DNA from: Opitutales bacterium | GTDB taxonomy: Bacteria > Verrucomicrobiota > Verrucomicrobiia > Opitutales > Coraliomargaritaceae | Length of the DNA stretch: 32,000 nucleotides | Direction of reading: 5' to 3' | NCBI GenBank assembly: GCA_049606355.1 | Contig: JBMYVL010000002.1 | Location: 180,001-212,000 of the forward strand | Part shown: piece by piece, positions 1 through 9,524 of the stretch | How positions within the stretch are numbered: the first letter of the stretch is position 1 | Layout: every line of letters begins with the position of its first letter | The notes under the pieces: generated by a model | Told to the model about the DNA's origin: nothing | The model's input: only the letters and a program-made list of their open reading frames with translations | Databases searched by the model: none | Made by a program: the position numbers and the translations under genes

Positions 1-869
1 TGAATGCCATTAGCACCTAGGCAAATTCCAGCGCCGGTCCAACCAGTCGAGAGCGCGCGAACACCACGGATCTCATTACCAGCAATAAGAATCTGTGGAT
101 TGGTTGCTCCCTCAGGATAGTCAGAAGGGTCAATCAGTGCTGTGATTGCCCCGCCGGAATGCACCACCACATTCTCGATATGGTTGTTGATAACACTAAT
201 TCGGTGACTGCAGCGTTTAATATCAATTGCCTCTCCACCTTGATTTTCGTTGCCGATCGAATGAAAGCGATTCGCCATCACGATAATATCGTGGGGTTGG
301 TCCCGCAGAGTGGCTCCATTGCCGATGTAAATCCCCTCCGCATAGGCGGGACGTCCACTGCGACGAAGGCCAGAATGATGGAAGTCACAGCCGACAATAG
401 TAATGTATGAGCTGTTACCTCCAATTTTGAGTAATTCCTGTCCCGCATGGTCAAACTCACACTCGATGAAACGTATGAAATGGCACGCTCCGTTGTCGTG
501 CGAATTACCCGAGTCGACACCGACACGCACCCCCCAAGTCGTTCCTTGCGAAAAGCGGAGGCCATAAAAATCAATATGCCGTGCACCTAAAACCCTCATA
601 TTCGCACCTGAATACGATCCAGAAAGAACCGACTGATGTTTATTTTGGGCTGAGATAATGATCGGCTGGCTTGCCGTGCCGCGTACGTTTTTCAGTTGTT
701 GGCCCCGGTATTGTCCATCGGCAAGAATAACGTGATCCCCAGCTTGCAGATCTTTTATCGCACGTGATAACTGCACGTCATTGGATACTTCTATGGTACG
801 GGTCGGCTTCGTGATTCCAGGGAACGAAGCCATCGCTGGCACGCATATCCCAAAACTGAGCACACTCAT
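1..869 (-). CDS. Secreted right-handed parallel beta-helix repeat protein, possibly a PL6-like polysaccharide lyase or epimerase. It is 5'-complete and its C-terminus runs off the left edge.
   Basis: I translated the minus strand by hand from the ATG at 869 to position 1 and found no stop (about 289 codons). The ORF track omits it because there is no stop in the window. N-terminus MSVLSFGICVPAMA looks like a signal peptide. LQAGDHVILADGQY is typical of the start of PL6/chondroitinase-B-like proteins. Recurrent short turns (GNSSYITIVGCDF, IYIGNG, ISVINNHIENVVV, ILIAGNEIRG) fit beta-helix coils. In-frame upstream alternative starts cannot be excluded. Confidence 0.65.
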   Translation of the reverse strand, partial: MSVLSFGICVPAMASFPGITKPTRTIEVSNDVQLSRAIKDLQAGDHVILADGQYRGQQLKNVRGTASQPIIISAQNKHQSVLSGSYSGANMRVLGARHIDFYGLRFSQGTTWGVRVGVDSGNSHDNGACHFIRFIECEFDHAGQELLKIGGNSSYITIVGCDFHHSGLRRSGRPAYAEGIYIGNGATLRDQPHDIIVMANRFHSIGNENQGGEAIDIKRCSHRISVINNHIENVVVHSGGAITALIDPSDYPEGATNPQILIAGNEIRGVRALSTGWTGAGICLGANGI

Positions 870-1234
870 CACTGCCCAAACAACCAGTTGCAGTGCCCCG
901 CTCAATTGGCGGCTACCACAAGGGTGAGCGGATGCATACCGCTGGTTTGATAATACGCATATTCCAAGCAAAGCATTTAGCTTACAACGCCAGCTAGTGA
1001 CAAATGTTAGATAAAATGGTGGACCGGCACCCATTCTACGCTGTCAACTTTTGGATTTAGAGGGCTATGCTGCCGCCATTGGTCACTCGCCCCTAAAGGT
1101 CGAAACCACATGCCTTGATTATTTTGACTGGTTGAGCAAACGCCTGGCAGCTGCTCTGTGTGATCAGAGCAACTGGCGGTCCTGGCGCCTACTACTATTA
1201 AAATTGTATGCCTGATTCGACCCTAAGAGCGTCA

Positions 1235-3475
1235 TTACGAGCCGCCGTAATATTGCGTGTATTTTCGCACATCCTTTTCCACGCCATAGCCATAGTAACT
1301 CCTTGAGCGCGGGCCGTAGCCGATCGCCGCAGGTACATTTTTAACGCCATTCAATACGACACCCAAAACCGCCGCATTACTGTGATCCATCGCTGCGATC
1401 GAGTACCTAACTTTATTGCGGGTCGCCTTAAATTGTCGCGCCACAAAGAGGCATTCGTCGGCATTATCCGCAACCAAGCAGGCATCTGGAAATAAGCCAA
1501 CCGGAGGTGTATCGAATATTACGACATCAAAGGAATCTTTTAACTTGGCGAATAAATGGGCAATTTTAGTGCTACTTAAAATTTCAGTCGAACAATCACT
1601 CTGGCCGCCACTGCCAAGGAAAAAAAACTGTTCCGATACTGCAACAATGCCCAACTGTGGATCCGTAAGGAGATCCGCGTTTATCTTAGATGTATCGCTA
1701 CGCGCTGCTTGATACCATGGTATCAAGCCCTGTTTTTTTTGCTTTTTAGCAAACGTTGCCTGCAAGCTGGGACGCCTCAAGTCGCAGTCAACAAGCAGGA
1801 CACGGTGTTGATGCATCGCAAATGCCGAGGCCAAATTACCTGCGACCATAGACTTTCCTTCACCAGGGACAGAACTGGTAACCACCAAAGTATTGTGATG
1901 CTTCGTTTGCTTTTCATCCGATTGCAAACGTACCCGAGCGTAGAGCGCACGAAACGGCTCAATGAGATCGCTATCACGCTTTAAAACCGCTTGAGACAAG
2001 GTTCGCTCCGTCTTCCCCGGGTAGTAGCGAACGTCGCCAAGAATCGGCTTGCCCGTATACAGTTCGACGTCGGCAAAACTCGACAGGCGGTTATCAACCA
2101 GCTCTAAGCCTACGGGAACTGCTACAAAGAAAGCCGCCGCGATACAGACTGCCACCGCTCCCAATTGGACGATAGAAGCTGAGACTGGTTGCGTTGGCGG
2201 TTGCGCGCGATCAAGAACCCGCACACTATGCAAATCCATTTTTTGGGCGATACTCGTTTCATTGTAGCGCTCGGCCAGCATCTTGATGATCTTACGCTGA
2301 TTATCGACATCATCCTCTAAGCGCTGATATTCAACGAAGGCCCGTTCCCAGTTGAGCACCATTTGCTCCGCATTGACAAAATTCTTAGCTAGTTCGGACA
2401 CCTCCAGCTGTATTGATTCAAACTCACTCTCAACTTGCTTGCAGGCTAAGCCAGTCAACTGTTGCAGTGCCTCTTCTACTGACTTTTGCGAGGCCTGGTT
2501 TTGAACCATTAACGGATGCTTGGATAGGTAAACTTCTTCGAGCACCTTATACTCGCGTTTCAGTTCGCTCAACTGATTAAACGCAGCCATCACCTCTCGG
2601 CGACCGCCGATAAATGGTACATCCATCAAGCGGGCTAAATCGCCATCGCAATCCTGAATCTGCCGGACCTTATTTTCCGCATCAAGCAAGCGAATCCGCG
2701 CATCCGTCAGTGCATCTCCAAAGCGCCGCATTTGCAACACTCCAGCACCTTGCCCGGGCTCCACAGTTACCAGATTATTGGCCACCCGAAAGTTCTGCAG
2801 GCTGGATTCTTCCTCGGCCAGTTGCGCACGCATGGTCTCAATCTGGGCGCCCAGGAAATTCACTGCATTGCGTGTGGATACGTTACGAAAACCCGCGTTG
2901 TAGGCTATAAACTCATCGATATAAGTATTGGCTAACAGGGCTGCGATCGCGGCGTCCCGGTGTACGATGCGAACTCGAATCACCAAGGACTCCATCCCCT
3001 CGCCCGTTTCGACCTTAAGCATATGCTTGTGGATCAGTTCAACACTATCAACAGCCACGGTGTCTGCCAGCAAGTCGGCATCGGCCACGAATGGTGCGCG
3101 GAGGGCCGCCAACTCTTCGGGATTGAGCGCTGCTACGACCGCCTGCCCCAATGAGCGCGCCTTGATGCGCTCGATCTGTGTATTCATGAAAGAATCAAGT
3201 AAGCTCGCATGGGGTAACTCAGTGTCCACAACTTCACGGATATCCATGACGTTGTCTGTATTGAGGTTAACCGTAACACTCGCGACGGCTTCGAATTGCT
3301 TCTCTCTGCTGAGTAAGACAAATAAAAAAAATGTCGCGACTACGATACCCAAACTCGCGCCCCAAGCCCAGCGACGGAGAATAATTTGTACCACATCGCT
3401 GATACTGACAAGGCGTTGGGATGCCTCCACTGAGCGATCGGTAGGATTTGTAAGCATAGTCATGTTCTGCTGCAT
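1235..3475 (-). CDS. Polysaccharide co-polymerase / tyrosine autokinase (Wzc/GumC/EpsG-like BY-kinase)
   Basis: 746 aa. It has an N-terminal TM plus Wzz-like chain-length region, a long coiled-coil periplasmic segment and a second TM. The C-terminal P-loop kinase shows Walker A SSVPGEGKS, Walker A' LLVDCDLRRP and Walker B VVIFDTPP. The tail is Tyr-rich (YGPRSRSYYGYGVEKDVRKYTQYYGGS). Confidence 0.85.
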   Translation of the reverse strand: MQQNMTMLTNPTDRSVEASQRLVSISDVVQIILRRWAWGASLGIVVATFFLFVLLSREKQFEAVASVTVNLNTDNVMDIREVVDTELPHASLLDSFMNTQIERIKARSLGQAVVAALNPEELAALRAPFVADADLLADTVAVDSVELIHKHMLKVETGEGMESLVIRVRIVHRDAAIAALLANTYIDEFIAYNAGFRNVSTRNAVNFLGAQIETMRAQLAEEESSLQNFRVANNLVTVEPGQGAGVLQMRRFGDALTDARIRLLDAENKVRQIQDCDGDLARLMDVPFIGGRREVMAAFNQLSELKREYKVLEEVYLSKHPLMVQNQASQKSVEEALQQLTGLACKQVESEFESIQLEVSELAKNFVNAEQMVLNWERAFVEYQRLEDDVDNQRKIIKMLAERYNETSIAQKMDLHSVRVLDRAQPPTQPVSASIVQLGAVAVCIAAAFFVAVPVGLELVDNRLSSFADVELYTGKPILGDVRYYPGKTERTLSQAVLKRDSDLIEPFRALYARVRLQSDEKQTKHHNTLVVTSSVPGEGKSMVAGNLASAFAMHQHRVLLVDCDLRRPSLQATFAKKQKKQGLIPWYQAARSDTSKINADLLTDPQLGIVAVSEQFFFLGSGGQSDCSTEILSSTKIAHLFAKLKDSFDVVIFDTPPVGLFPDACLVADNADECLFVARQFKATRNKVRYSIAAMDHSNAAVLGVVLNGVKNVPAAIGYGPRSRSYYGYGVEKDVRKYTQYYGGS

Positions 3476-3480
3476 CTCAG

Positions 3481-4110
3481 TTAAAAAACACGTCGTGGCA
3501 CAAAGACGACATCATCGGGCTGGACTATATAATCTGTCTGAGACTTACGCCGCTTTGTATTGAGAATATCGTCTACATTTACGATTGTCTGCGTACGCCC
3601 TCCGCGGTCATCAATAACCCGTGTAACTCTAACATCTGCGGCCTTTGCGGTACCCGTGAAACCGCCGGCCTCCGCTATCGCAATTTGTATGGCGAGCCCA
3701 TTACGCCCCGGTGGGATGCTTACATTTCCTGGCTGTTTGACTTCACCCAACACCGTCACAACTTTAGGTGAAAAGGCCTCAATACTAATTGTGACAAATG
3801 GCTGCCGCAAATACTCCTGTTTGACAAAAGCCACCTCAACAAGACGTGCGGCTTCAGCAATCGTAAGGCCTGCAAGCTCCATCGGGCCGAGCAGTGGCAC
3901 AAAGGCTTTGCCGTCATCCGAAATCAACTGCTCGGTAGAGAGGTCTGCTTCACCATAGACTGCGATGCTAATTTTATCGAAAGGCGCCAGTCGATACACG
4001 ATTTGTGCTCGCTGTGCGGATTGACTGGCAACTGCAGTATAGCTGCCCCCAGCCAGTACTGAACAAGCAGCGAGTAGCCAAATCGTACTGTACTGGGGGC
4101 GAGAATTCAT
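3481..4110 (-). CDS. Polysaccharide export protein (Wza-like; Poly_export + SLBB domains)
   Basis: I chose the ATG at 4110 (MNSRPQYSTIWLLAACSVLAGG, lipoprotein/signal-like, preceded by GGAAGGA) over the track start at 4182, which would overlap the upstream gene. PGNVSIPPGRNGLAIQIAIAEAGGFTGTAKAADVRVTR is SLBB-like. The gene ends 5 nt before the kinase gene. Confidence 0.8.
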   Translation of the reverse strand: MNSRPQYSTIWLLAACSVLAGGSYTAVASQSAQRAQIVYRLAPFDKISIAVYGEADLSTEQLISDDGKAFVPLLGPMELAGLTIAEAARLVEVAFVKQEYLRQPFVTISIEAFSPKVVTVLGEVKQPGNVSIPPGRNGLAIQIAIAEAGGFTGTAKAADVRVTRVIDDRGGRTQTIVNVDDILNTKRRKSQTDYIVQPDDVVFVPRRVF

Positions 4111-4130
4111 AGGAAATCCTTCCGGTCGCG

Positions 4131-5318
4131 CTAGTAGACCCAAGCCAATGCGGCAGATACTTTTGTCTGCATGAAATCCCAAGTATCTTCACTGGAAGAG
4201 CGGTCTTCAACGGAGAGCTTCGTAGTCAACCAGAGACGTTCATCGATCAGGTTGTAGTCCCCACTGGCTTGCACCGTCACAATCTCGTCATTGCGATCAA
4301 AATCACCCGTACCGAGATCCGTGTAATCGCGATCTTCATAGCCAACTCCTAAGGTAGCGGTGAGCTTGGCGTCGATTGGGTAGTCCCATTCCAAGTTCAC
4401 ATACGTGGACTCCACTGATTGAGTCGCTAGGGAGGTGAGCTGTTCGCGCCCAAAGGAGAGCTCCACCGTGCAATCCTGCACACAGGTCCAGGATAGTGCC
4501 GCTTCGGCAAATAAGCTGTCGTCATCGGAATAAGTACTCTGCTCAAAGTCGCGTTGTTGATAACCGACTCGCAACGCACCATCCACTGTTGGCGTCAACC
4601 GCCCTTCGGCAGCACCGTAAAACGCATGGTCATCACTGTCTGCCGTGGTAGCTCCGGATACTTCGGTGGTGCGGTAACGATACCCTAAACCAAAGCTTAG
4701 GTCTTCACTATATCGGTAGAAGAAATCGACTGGTACAGTGATGGTTTCGACATCATCAAAATTACCGGACACCGTTTTCTGGTCGCGATACAGTACACCC
4801 GCTAAAGCATAGTAACGGTCGGTAAACACATACTTCCCGTTCACATCAAGGTGCAGAATCTCCTTATCCACTGCATCCTGCAAATCTGCATCCCCACGGG
4901 TAATTTCATTGTAGCCCGCATTTATTTGTGCCGAGTAATTGTAGAGCTCGTCACCATAAGGAAAGGTTAGTTCGACCTCACTGCGAAAACTATCCGATGA
5001 TATATCGTTAAAGTCATCGTATTCGTCGACCCTCACGCCGGCAAAAGCATCTACCCGCACAGCACCTTGATCGTAGCGGTAAATTAGCTTTGGCAGGACA
5101 CTGATAATAAAGTCGCCGTTTTCATCGGCATTCAAACCCACATTTGAGTTGTACTCAAATTCCGAGTCGATACCGACGGTCAGTGCGCCCTGTGGGCCCG
5201 ATAAGAGTTCTGCCTGTACGAGGCCAGGCAGTAAACTGAGCATAGCCATAGGTATGGCTCGCTGGATAAGTGCCCCTGCTTTAGCAACGGAATTGGTAGT
5301 GTTGTATAGATCCGACAT
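4131..5318 (-). CDS. Predicted outer-membrane beta-barrel protein of the EPS export operon
   Basis: 395 aa, with a signal-like N-terminus (...AMLSLLPGLVQA). The sequence is D/Y/G/T-rich with alternating patterns and many aromatic-x-aromatic strand ends. The C-terminus ends ...LAWVY (aromatic terminal residue typical of OMPs). It is the first gene of the barrel-Wza-Wzc operon. Confidence 0.6.
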   Translation of the reverse strand: MSDLYNTTNSVAKAGALIQRAIPMAMLSLLPGLVQAELLSGPQGALTVGIDSEFEYNSNVGLNADENGDFIISVLPKLIYRYDQGAVRVDAFAGVRVDEYDDFNDISSDSFRSEVELTFPYGDELYNYSAQINAGYNEITRGDADLQDAVDKEILHLDVNGKYVFTDRYYALAGVLYRDQKTVSGNFDDVETITVPVDFFYRYSEDLSFGLGYRYRTTEVSGATTADSDDHAFYGAAEGRLTPTVDGALRVGYQQRDFEQSTYSDDDSLFAEAALSWTCVQDCTVELSFGREQLTSLATQSVESTYVNLEWDYPIDAKLTATLGVGYEDRDYTDLGTGDFDRNDEIVTVQASGDYNLIDERLWLTTKLSVEDRSSSEDTWDFMQTKVSAALAWVY

Positions 5319-5556
5319 AATTTGTTGTGGTAGACATTAGCGTCAAAAATAAGCTTACCAAAAATCACATGCCGCAGCAATCGGCACTTCCTCACCACCC
5401 CTACGAGTGCCGGAAGGAGGTGACCTAAGCAATTACCCCAAATTGTATCATGCTTATGACCCTTGCCGGGTTCGTCCTCCTTGAATCGATGGGCAAGCTG
5501 ACCAGAAAACCAGAAAAGAACTTTACCTCAGAAAGGCATTCTGTGAGCGTTTGTTG

Positions 5557-6843
5557 ATGGCAGAGACAACAAAGCTTAATCTACTGGTAATTGGTTCCGG
5601 GGGGCGTGAACACGCACTTGTGCAAAAGTGTCTACAGAGCCCCATGGCGAAGCGCGTGATTGCTGCTCCTGGCAACGGCGGCATGGCCAGCGAAGTGGAT
5701 TGCTTCGACTGTTCGGTGGAAGACATTGATGGCATTGTCCAACTCGCCATCCGTGAAGCGATCGATCTGGTCATTGTCGGCCCTGAAGTGCCCCTTAGTC
5801 TTGGGCTGGTGGATGCCCTAATGGCGGCTGGGATTGCCGCCTACGGGCCCAACAAGGCGGGCGCTGAACTGGAAGCAAGTAAAGCCTATTGCAAAGACTT
5901 TTTCGCACGTCACAACATCCCCACCGCAGCCTACGCTAAATTTACCGAAGTCGGACCGGCACTGGAGTACCTTGAGGCGCACCCGGCACCCATCGTGATT
6001 AAAGCCAGCGGTCTAGCTGCCGGTAAGGGCGTAATTATGGCAACCACCCAGGAAGAAGCCGTTGCCGCCGTAAAGGATATGCTCGAAGGCGGCGCCTTCG
6101 GGTCCAGTGGTGCCGAAATCGTCATTGAAGAAACGCTCTATGGCGAAGAGGCCTCCATTCACGCGATCGTATCGGGAGAATGCTTCGTTTGTCTGCCACC
6201 GAGTCAGGATCACAAGCGAGCGGGTGAAGGCGACACCGGTCTCAATACCGGAGGTATGGGTGCCTATACACCAACCAGTAAGATTAGCGCGGCGTTACAG
6301 GCGGAAATCGAGGCTACGGTGATTCGCCCCACACTCGCAGGTCTCAAGGCCGACGGTATTGACTTTCGCGGCACACTGTATGCCGGCCTGATGCTCACCG
6401 AAAGCGGTCCGAAAGTCCTCGAATACAACGTGCGCTTTGGTGATCCTGAAACGCAAGTGCTACTCCCAATGGTCGCCGACGATATCGTGCCGATTCTGTT
6501 AGCCGCAGCGAAGGGCGAAGCGCTGCCAGAACAACTCACCTTCCACCCCGGTGCAGCCATCGTCGTGGTTCTCGCTGCCGATGGCTACCCCGGCAGCTAT
6601 CCGAAGGGCGAAACCATCACTTACCCAACAACCTTACCCGAGCGTACCGCCATCGTACATGCCGGCACCCAACGCGCAAGCGACGGCACCATCACCACCA
6701 ATGGCGGGCGCGTCCTCGGCGTAAGCGCTCAGGCACCGAGTCTCCAGCAAGCCGTAGCGCTGGCCTACTCAGTGTGCGACCAAGTGAAGTTTGCCAGCAA
6801 ATACCTGCGCCGAGATATCGGCTATCGGGAACTCAATCGATAG
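5557..6843 (+). CDS. purD: Phosphoribosylamine--glycine ligase (GAR synthetase)
   Basis: LLVIGSGGREHAL near the N-terminus and an ATP-grasp body (VIKASGLAAGKGV, LEYNVRFGDPE). I chose the ATG at 5557; the track start at 5551 is TTG. Confidence 0.95.
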   Translation: MAETTKLNLLVIGSGGREHALVQKCLQSPMAKRVIAAPGNGGMASEVDCFDCSVEDIDGIVQLAIREAIDLVIVGPEVPLSLGLVDALMAAGIAAYGPNKAGAELEASKAYCKDFFARHNIPTAAYAKFTEVGPALEYLEAHPAPIVIKASGLAAGKGVIMATTQEEAVAAVKDMLEGGAFGSSGAEIVIEETLYGEEASIHAIVSGECFVCLPPSQDHKRAGEGDTGLNTGGMGAYTPTSKISAALQAEIEATVIRPTLAGLKADGIDFRGTLYAGLMLTESGPKVLEYNVRFGDPETQVLLPMVADDIVPILLAAAKGEALPEQLTFHPGAAIVVVLAADGYPGSYPKGETITYPTTLPERTAIVHAGTQRASDGTITTNGGRVLGVSAQAPSLQQAVALAYSVCDQVKFASKYLRRDIGYRELNR

Positions 6844-6873
6844 ACGCTCGACCAAGGGCAGCGACTCACAGCC

Positions 6874-7377
6874 ATGCAGGCACCCAATTTAGTGATCACC
6901 CTTTGCACGGGTAATATTTGTCGCAGTCCGATGGCTGAGCGTTTACTGCAACACGCGCTGCAGGCAGAAGCGGCACCACTGAATACACTTAAGGTCGTCT
7001 CTGCCGGGGTGGCGGCAGGTTATGGTGATCCTGCTTCCCACAATTCTGTTGAAGTTTTAAAACGCGTACAAATCGATCTGAGTGATCACCGCAGCCAACC
7101 CCTGACCGACGACTTGCTGCAAAATGCCTTTGCCGTGTTTGGCATGACGCAATCGCATCTCGATTTACTCCATGCTTATTATTCGGTACAGCCCAAGCGC
7201 GTGCACCTTTTCCGTGACTTTATGGGGGCTTCTGCCAGCCACGAGATTCCCGATCCGTTTGGCCAAAATCTCGCAGCTTACACGCAATGCTTTGATGCGA
7301 TGGTTGAAGCGGTACCTTCGATCGTCGCGTATTTACACAGCGAATATCACGCAGCTTCGGCGCCGAGCTCAGATTAA
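6874..7377 (+). CDS. Low-molecular-weight protein tyrosine/arginine phosphatase
   Basis: P-loop [12 protein letters not shown] (C-X5-R-S) at residues 11-22 and the catalytic Asp motif IPDPFG. 167 aa. Confidence 0.9.
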   Translation: MQAPNLVITLCTGNICRSPMAERLLQHALQAEAAPLNTLKVVSAGVAAGYGDPASHNSVEVLKRVQIDLSDHRSQPLTDDLLQNAFAVFGMTQSHLDLLHAYYSVQPKRVHLFRDFMGASASHEIPDPFGQNLAAYTQCFDAMVEAVPSIVAYLHSEYHAASAPSSD

Positions 7378-7881
7378 ATAGAGCAACAGGTGGAGGCTCA
7401 CGCAGGCAGCCAGAGCCGCGGCAAGGTCGTCCGCGACGCATCCGATACCGCCCGGCAAATTTTGTAAGCGGGAAATCCCAAAGGGCTTTTTAATATCATA
7501 GATGCGGAACAAGACGAAGCCCGCGAGCACTACCGGCCAGCCGCCCTGCTGTGCGATCAAACCGCCACTGCCGCCCATACCGATAAAGACCAACGGCATC
7601 GCGATACACTCATCCAGTACGATCATGCCCGGATCACGCATTTGTAAACGCTGCTCTGCGGCATCGCAGATTGCCATTGCCAGATAAGCCAACAGTGCCG
7701 CCACAAGCACGAAGCCGAAAGGATTCGCCCAATGGAAGAGCACGGCATAGAGCACTAAGCCCGCAACACTTCCTACGGTACCCGGAGCCTTTTTTACCCG
7801 CCCCAAGGGCCCCAGCGTCGCCAGATTGACCACTACTGAAGTGGAAAGGAATTGTGTCCAAAAAAAGTTGAGGCGGCGCAT
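7369..7881 (-). CDS. pgpA: Phosphatidylglycerophosphatase A
   Basis: 170-aa membrane protein. [21 protein letters not shown] and [14 protein letters not shown] are PgpA-family motifs. It lies immediately downstream of pgsA (3-nt gap). Confidence 0.85.
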   Translation of the reverse strand: MRRLNFFWTQFLSTSVVVNLATLGPLGRVKKAPGTVGSVAGLVLYAVLFHWANPFGFVLVAALLAYLAMAICDAAEQRLQMRDPGMIVLDECIAMPLVFIGMGGSGGLIAQQGGWPVVLAGFVLFRIYDIKKPFGISRLQNLPGGIGCVADDLAAALAACVSLHLLLYLI

Positions 7882-7884
7882 CGC

Positions 7885-8502
7885 TTACTCCTGTGTTCCT
7901 GTATCTTGTCCGGTAAATACCGACCAGTACTTCACCATATACAGCGTGCCGGAGGACACCGTCAGTAGCGTGGCAACAACGAAGAAGGTCAAGCCTGCGA
8001 GGTGCAGCCACTCACTGACCCCTGCAGCGACGACCTCGGGGAAATCCTGCTGGAGCGCCATTGCCAATAGCAGCAAGACAGCGGCGATAATTTGCGACAC
8101 AGTCTTGTGCTTTCCGGACTTCTCCGCTGCGAGCACCACGCCCGAGCTCGCGGCGACTAAGCGCAAGCCCGTGATCAAAAATTCCCGACTCAAAATCAGT
8201 AACAGTAGTGGCAGCGCCCAAACCTGTGGCAGCACCCCCAATACCAACAGGGCGATAAAAAGGCCGACCATAAACACCTTGTCGGTTAACGCATCCATCA
8301 GCTTGCCAAAATTCGACACCAAGCCTTGTTGGCGTGCGACGTAGCCATCTGCCCAGTCCGTTAAGGCACCCAGTATGAATAGGATAAATGCACCGCTGCT
8401 GGCACCCCTCAGCGGATCATCCGCAGTGCTCAGCATCAACAAAGCGACGATGCCGAAAAGAATCGGAATACGCGATAAGGTAAGGAGGTTGGGTAAATTC
8501 AC
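7885..8502 (-). CDS. pgsA: CDP-diacylglycerol--glycerol-3-phosphate 3-phosphatidyltransferase
   Basis: CDP-alcohol phosphatidyltransferase motif [28 protein letters not shown]-terminus is [11 protein letters not shown]. The start codon is GTG. Confidence 0.9.
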   Translation of the reverse strand: MNLPNLLTLSRIPILFGIVALLMLSTADDPLRGASSGAFILFILGALTDWADGYVARQQGLVSNFGKLMDALTDKVFMVGLFIALLVLGVLPQVWALPLLLLILSREFLITGLRLVAASSGVVLAAEKSGKHKTVSQIIAAVLLLLAMALQQDFPEVVAAGVSEWLHLAGLTFFVVATLLTVSSGTLYMVKYWSVFTGQDTGTQE

Positions 8503-8640
8503 GTCTATCAGTGTGGCGGCTCCGCCTACGCTCCGCTAGCTAAAAATACCGACCCATACCTTCCGCCGGCGAACGCCCAATTCGAGCGATTCAGTGCGTG
8601 CAATGGCGAGCGATCACGCTACAGTCCGTAGCCGAAACTG

Positions 8641-9408
8641 ATGACTGGCGCTAAAAAAATACGTTTGGATGAGCTCCTCGTTGCCCAAGGGCTCGCCGAT
8701 TCCCGCTCACAGGCGAAAGCACTGGTACTTGCCGGTAAGGTACGCTGCGGCACCGAGCGTCTCGACAAGCCGGGGCGCAGCATCGCAGCCGATACTGAAT
8801 TGACGGTCGTGCAAGCGCCACGCTTCGTCAGCCGTGGCGGAGAAAAACTGGACGGCTTTTTGAAACAGTTTGCAATCGATGTCAGCGGTTGCCACGTACT
8901 CGACATCGGCGCCTCCACCGGCGGCTTTACCGATTGCTGCTTGCAGCGCGGGGCGCAGCAAGCCACCTGCGTGGATGTAGGTCGCGCGCAGCTACACAAC
9001 AAACTGATTCAGGATCCGCGGGTCATTAACATCGAAAAGACCAACGCGCGCCACCTGCAACCCGGCACCTTGCCGCAGGACAGCTATCCGCTGATCGTCA
9101 TGGACCTGTCCTTCATCTCCTTGACCAAAGTCTTGCCGGCGGTGTGGGCCTTCTGCGCACTGGAAGGACACTTGATCGCATTGGTGAAGCCACAGTTTGA
9201 AGCCCGTAAAGCAGAGGTTGATGCCGGGCGCGGCATCATCCGCGACGCCGCCATTCACCGCCGCGTGCTCGAGGAAGTGCAACAATTTGCCCTGAACGAG
9301 CTCCCCGGCGCAAGGCTGATCGGAACCCTTGAATCGCCCATCAAGGGCACGGACGGCAATACCGAATATTTGATCGGCCTGCAACGCCAGCCCGTCGCCT
9401 CCGCCTAA
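8641..9408 (+). CDS. tlyA: TlyA-family 16S/23S rRNA (cytidine-2'-O)-methyltransferase
   Basis: N-terminal S4-like [30 protein letters not shown]-binding [19 protein letters not shown], FtsJ-like body. Confidence 0.9.
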   Translation: MTGAKKIRLDELLVAQGLADSRSQAKALVLAGKVRCGTERLDKPGRSIAADTELTVVQAPRFVSRGGEKLDGFLKQFAIDVSGCHVLDIGASTGGFTDCCLQRGAQQATCVDVGRAQLHNKLIQDPRVINIEKTNARHLQPGTLPQDSYPLIVMDLSFISLTKVLPAVWAFCALEGHLIALVKPQFEARKAEVDAGRGIIRDAAIHRRVLEEVQQFALNELPGARLIGTLESPIKGTDGNTEYLIGLQRQPVASA

Positions 9409-9489
9409 TCTGCAGATCATCGGTCTGCGTTCCGGCCGCCCCGGTGCCTGTAAATGTCACCGTTGTGTTGCGACGCCCCGTGTTTAAGA

Positions 9490-9505
9490 ATACAGTTAAC
9501 TGTAT
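9490..9505. promoter_or_regulatory. Perfect 16-bp palindrome ATACAGTTAACTGTAT, a candidate operator
   Basis: Read directly: positions 9490-9505 equal their own reverse complement. It sits 20 nt upstream of the ATG at 9525, in the 116-nt tlyA/next-gene gap. It lies between weak -35-like TGTTTA (9481-9486) and -10-like TATCTA (9503-9508). Confidence 0.35.
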
Positions 9506-9524
9506 CTACAAGCACAGCAACGCT

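Noticed and set aside
159-586. Track ORFs 159-410 (+) and 278-586 (-) at the left edge
   Set aside because: Both are out of frame with a minus-strand frame that is open for all 869 nt and encodes beta-helix repeats. The long frame is the real gene.
870-1234. 365-nt non-coding spacer between the kinase gene and the beta-helix gene, checked for a pseudogene or ncRNA
   Set aside because: Stops appeared in the frames I checked by eye, and I found no repeats or strong structure apart from a 6-bp hairpin. It is most simply a promoter/5'-UTR region for the beta-helix gene.
2928-3563. 211-aa plus-strand ORF overlapping the Wzc and Wza genes
   Set aside because: It is antisense to two genes with strong family motifs. 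It has a Ser/Thr/Ala-rich composition and no recognisable domain.
5382-5423. 7-bp hairpin (CGGCACT/AGTGCCG) followed by a near-perfect Shine-Dalgarno sequence GGAAGGAGGTGA in the purD/EPS divergent region
   Set aside because: The nearest plus-strand ATG is 26 nt downstream (5450) and opens only a 35-codon ORF with no features. On the minus strand the motif is merely anti-SD-like. The stem is too short to claim a riboswitch or attenuator.
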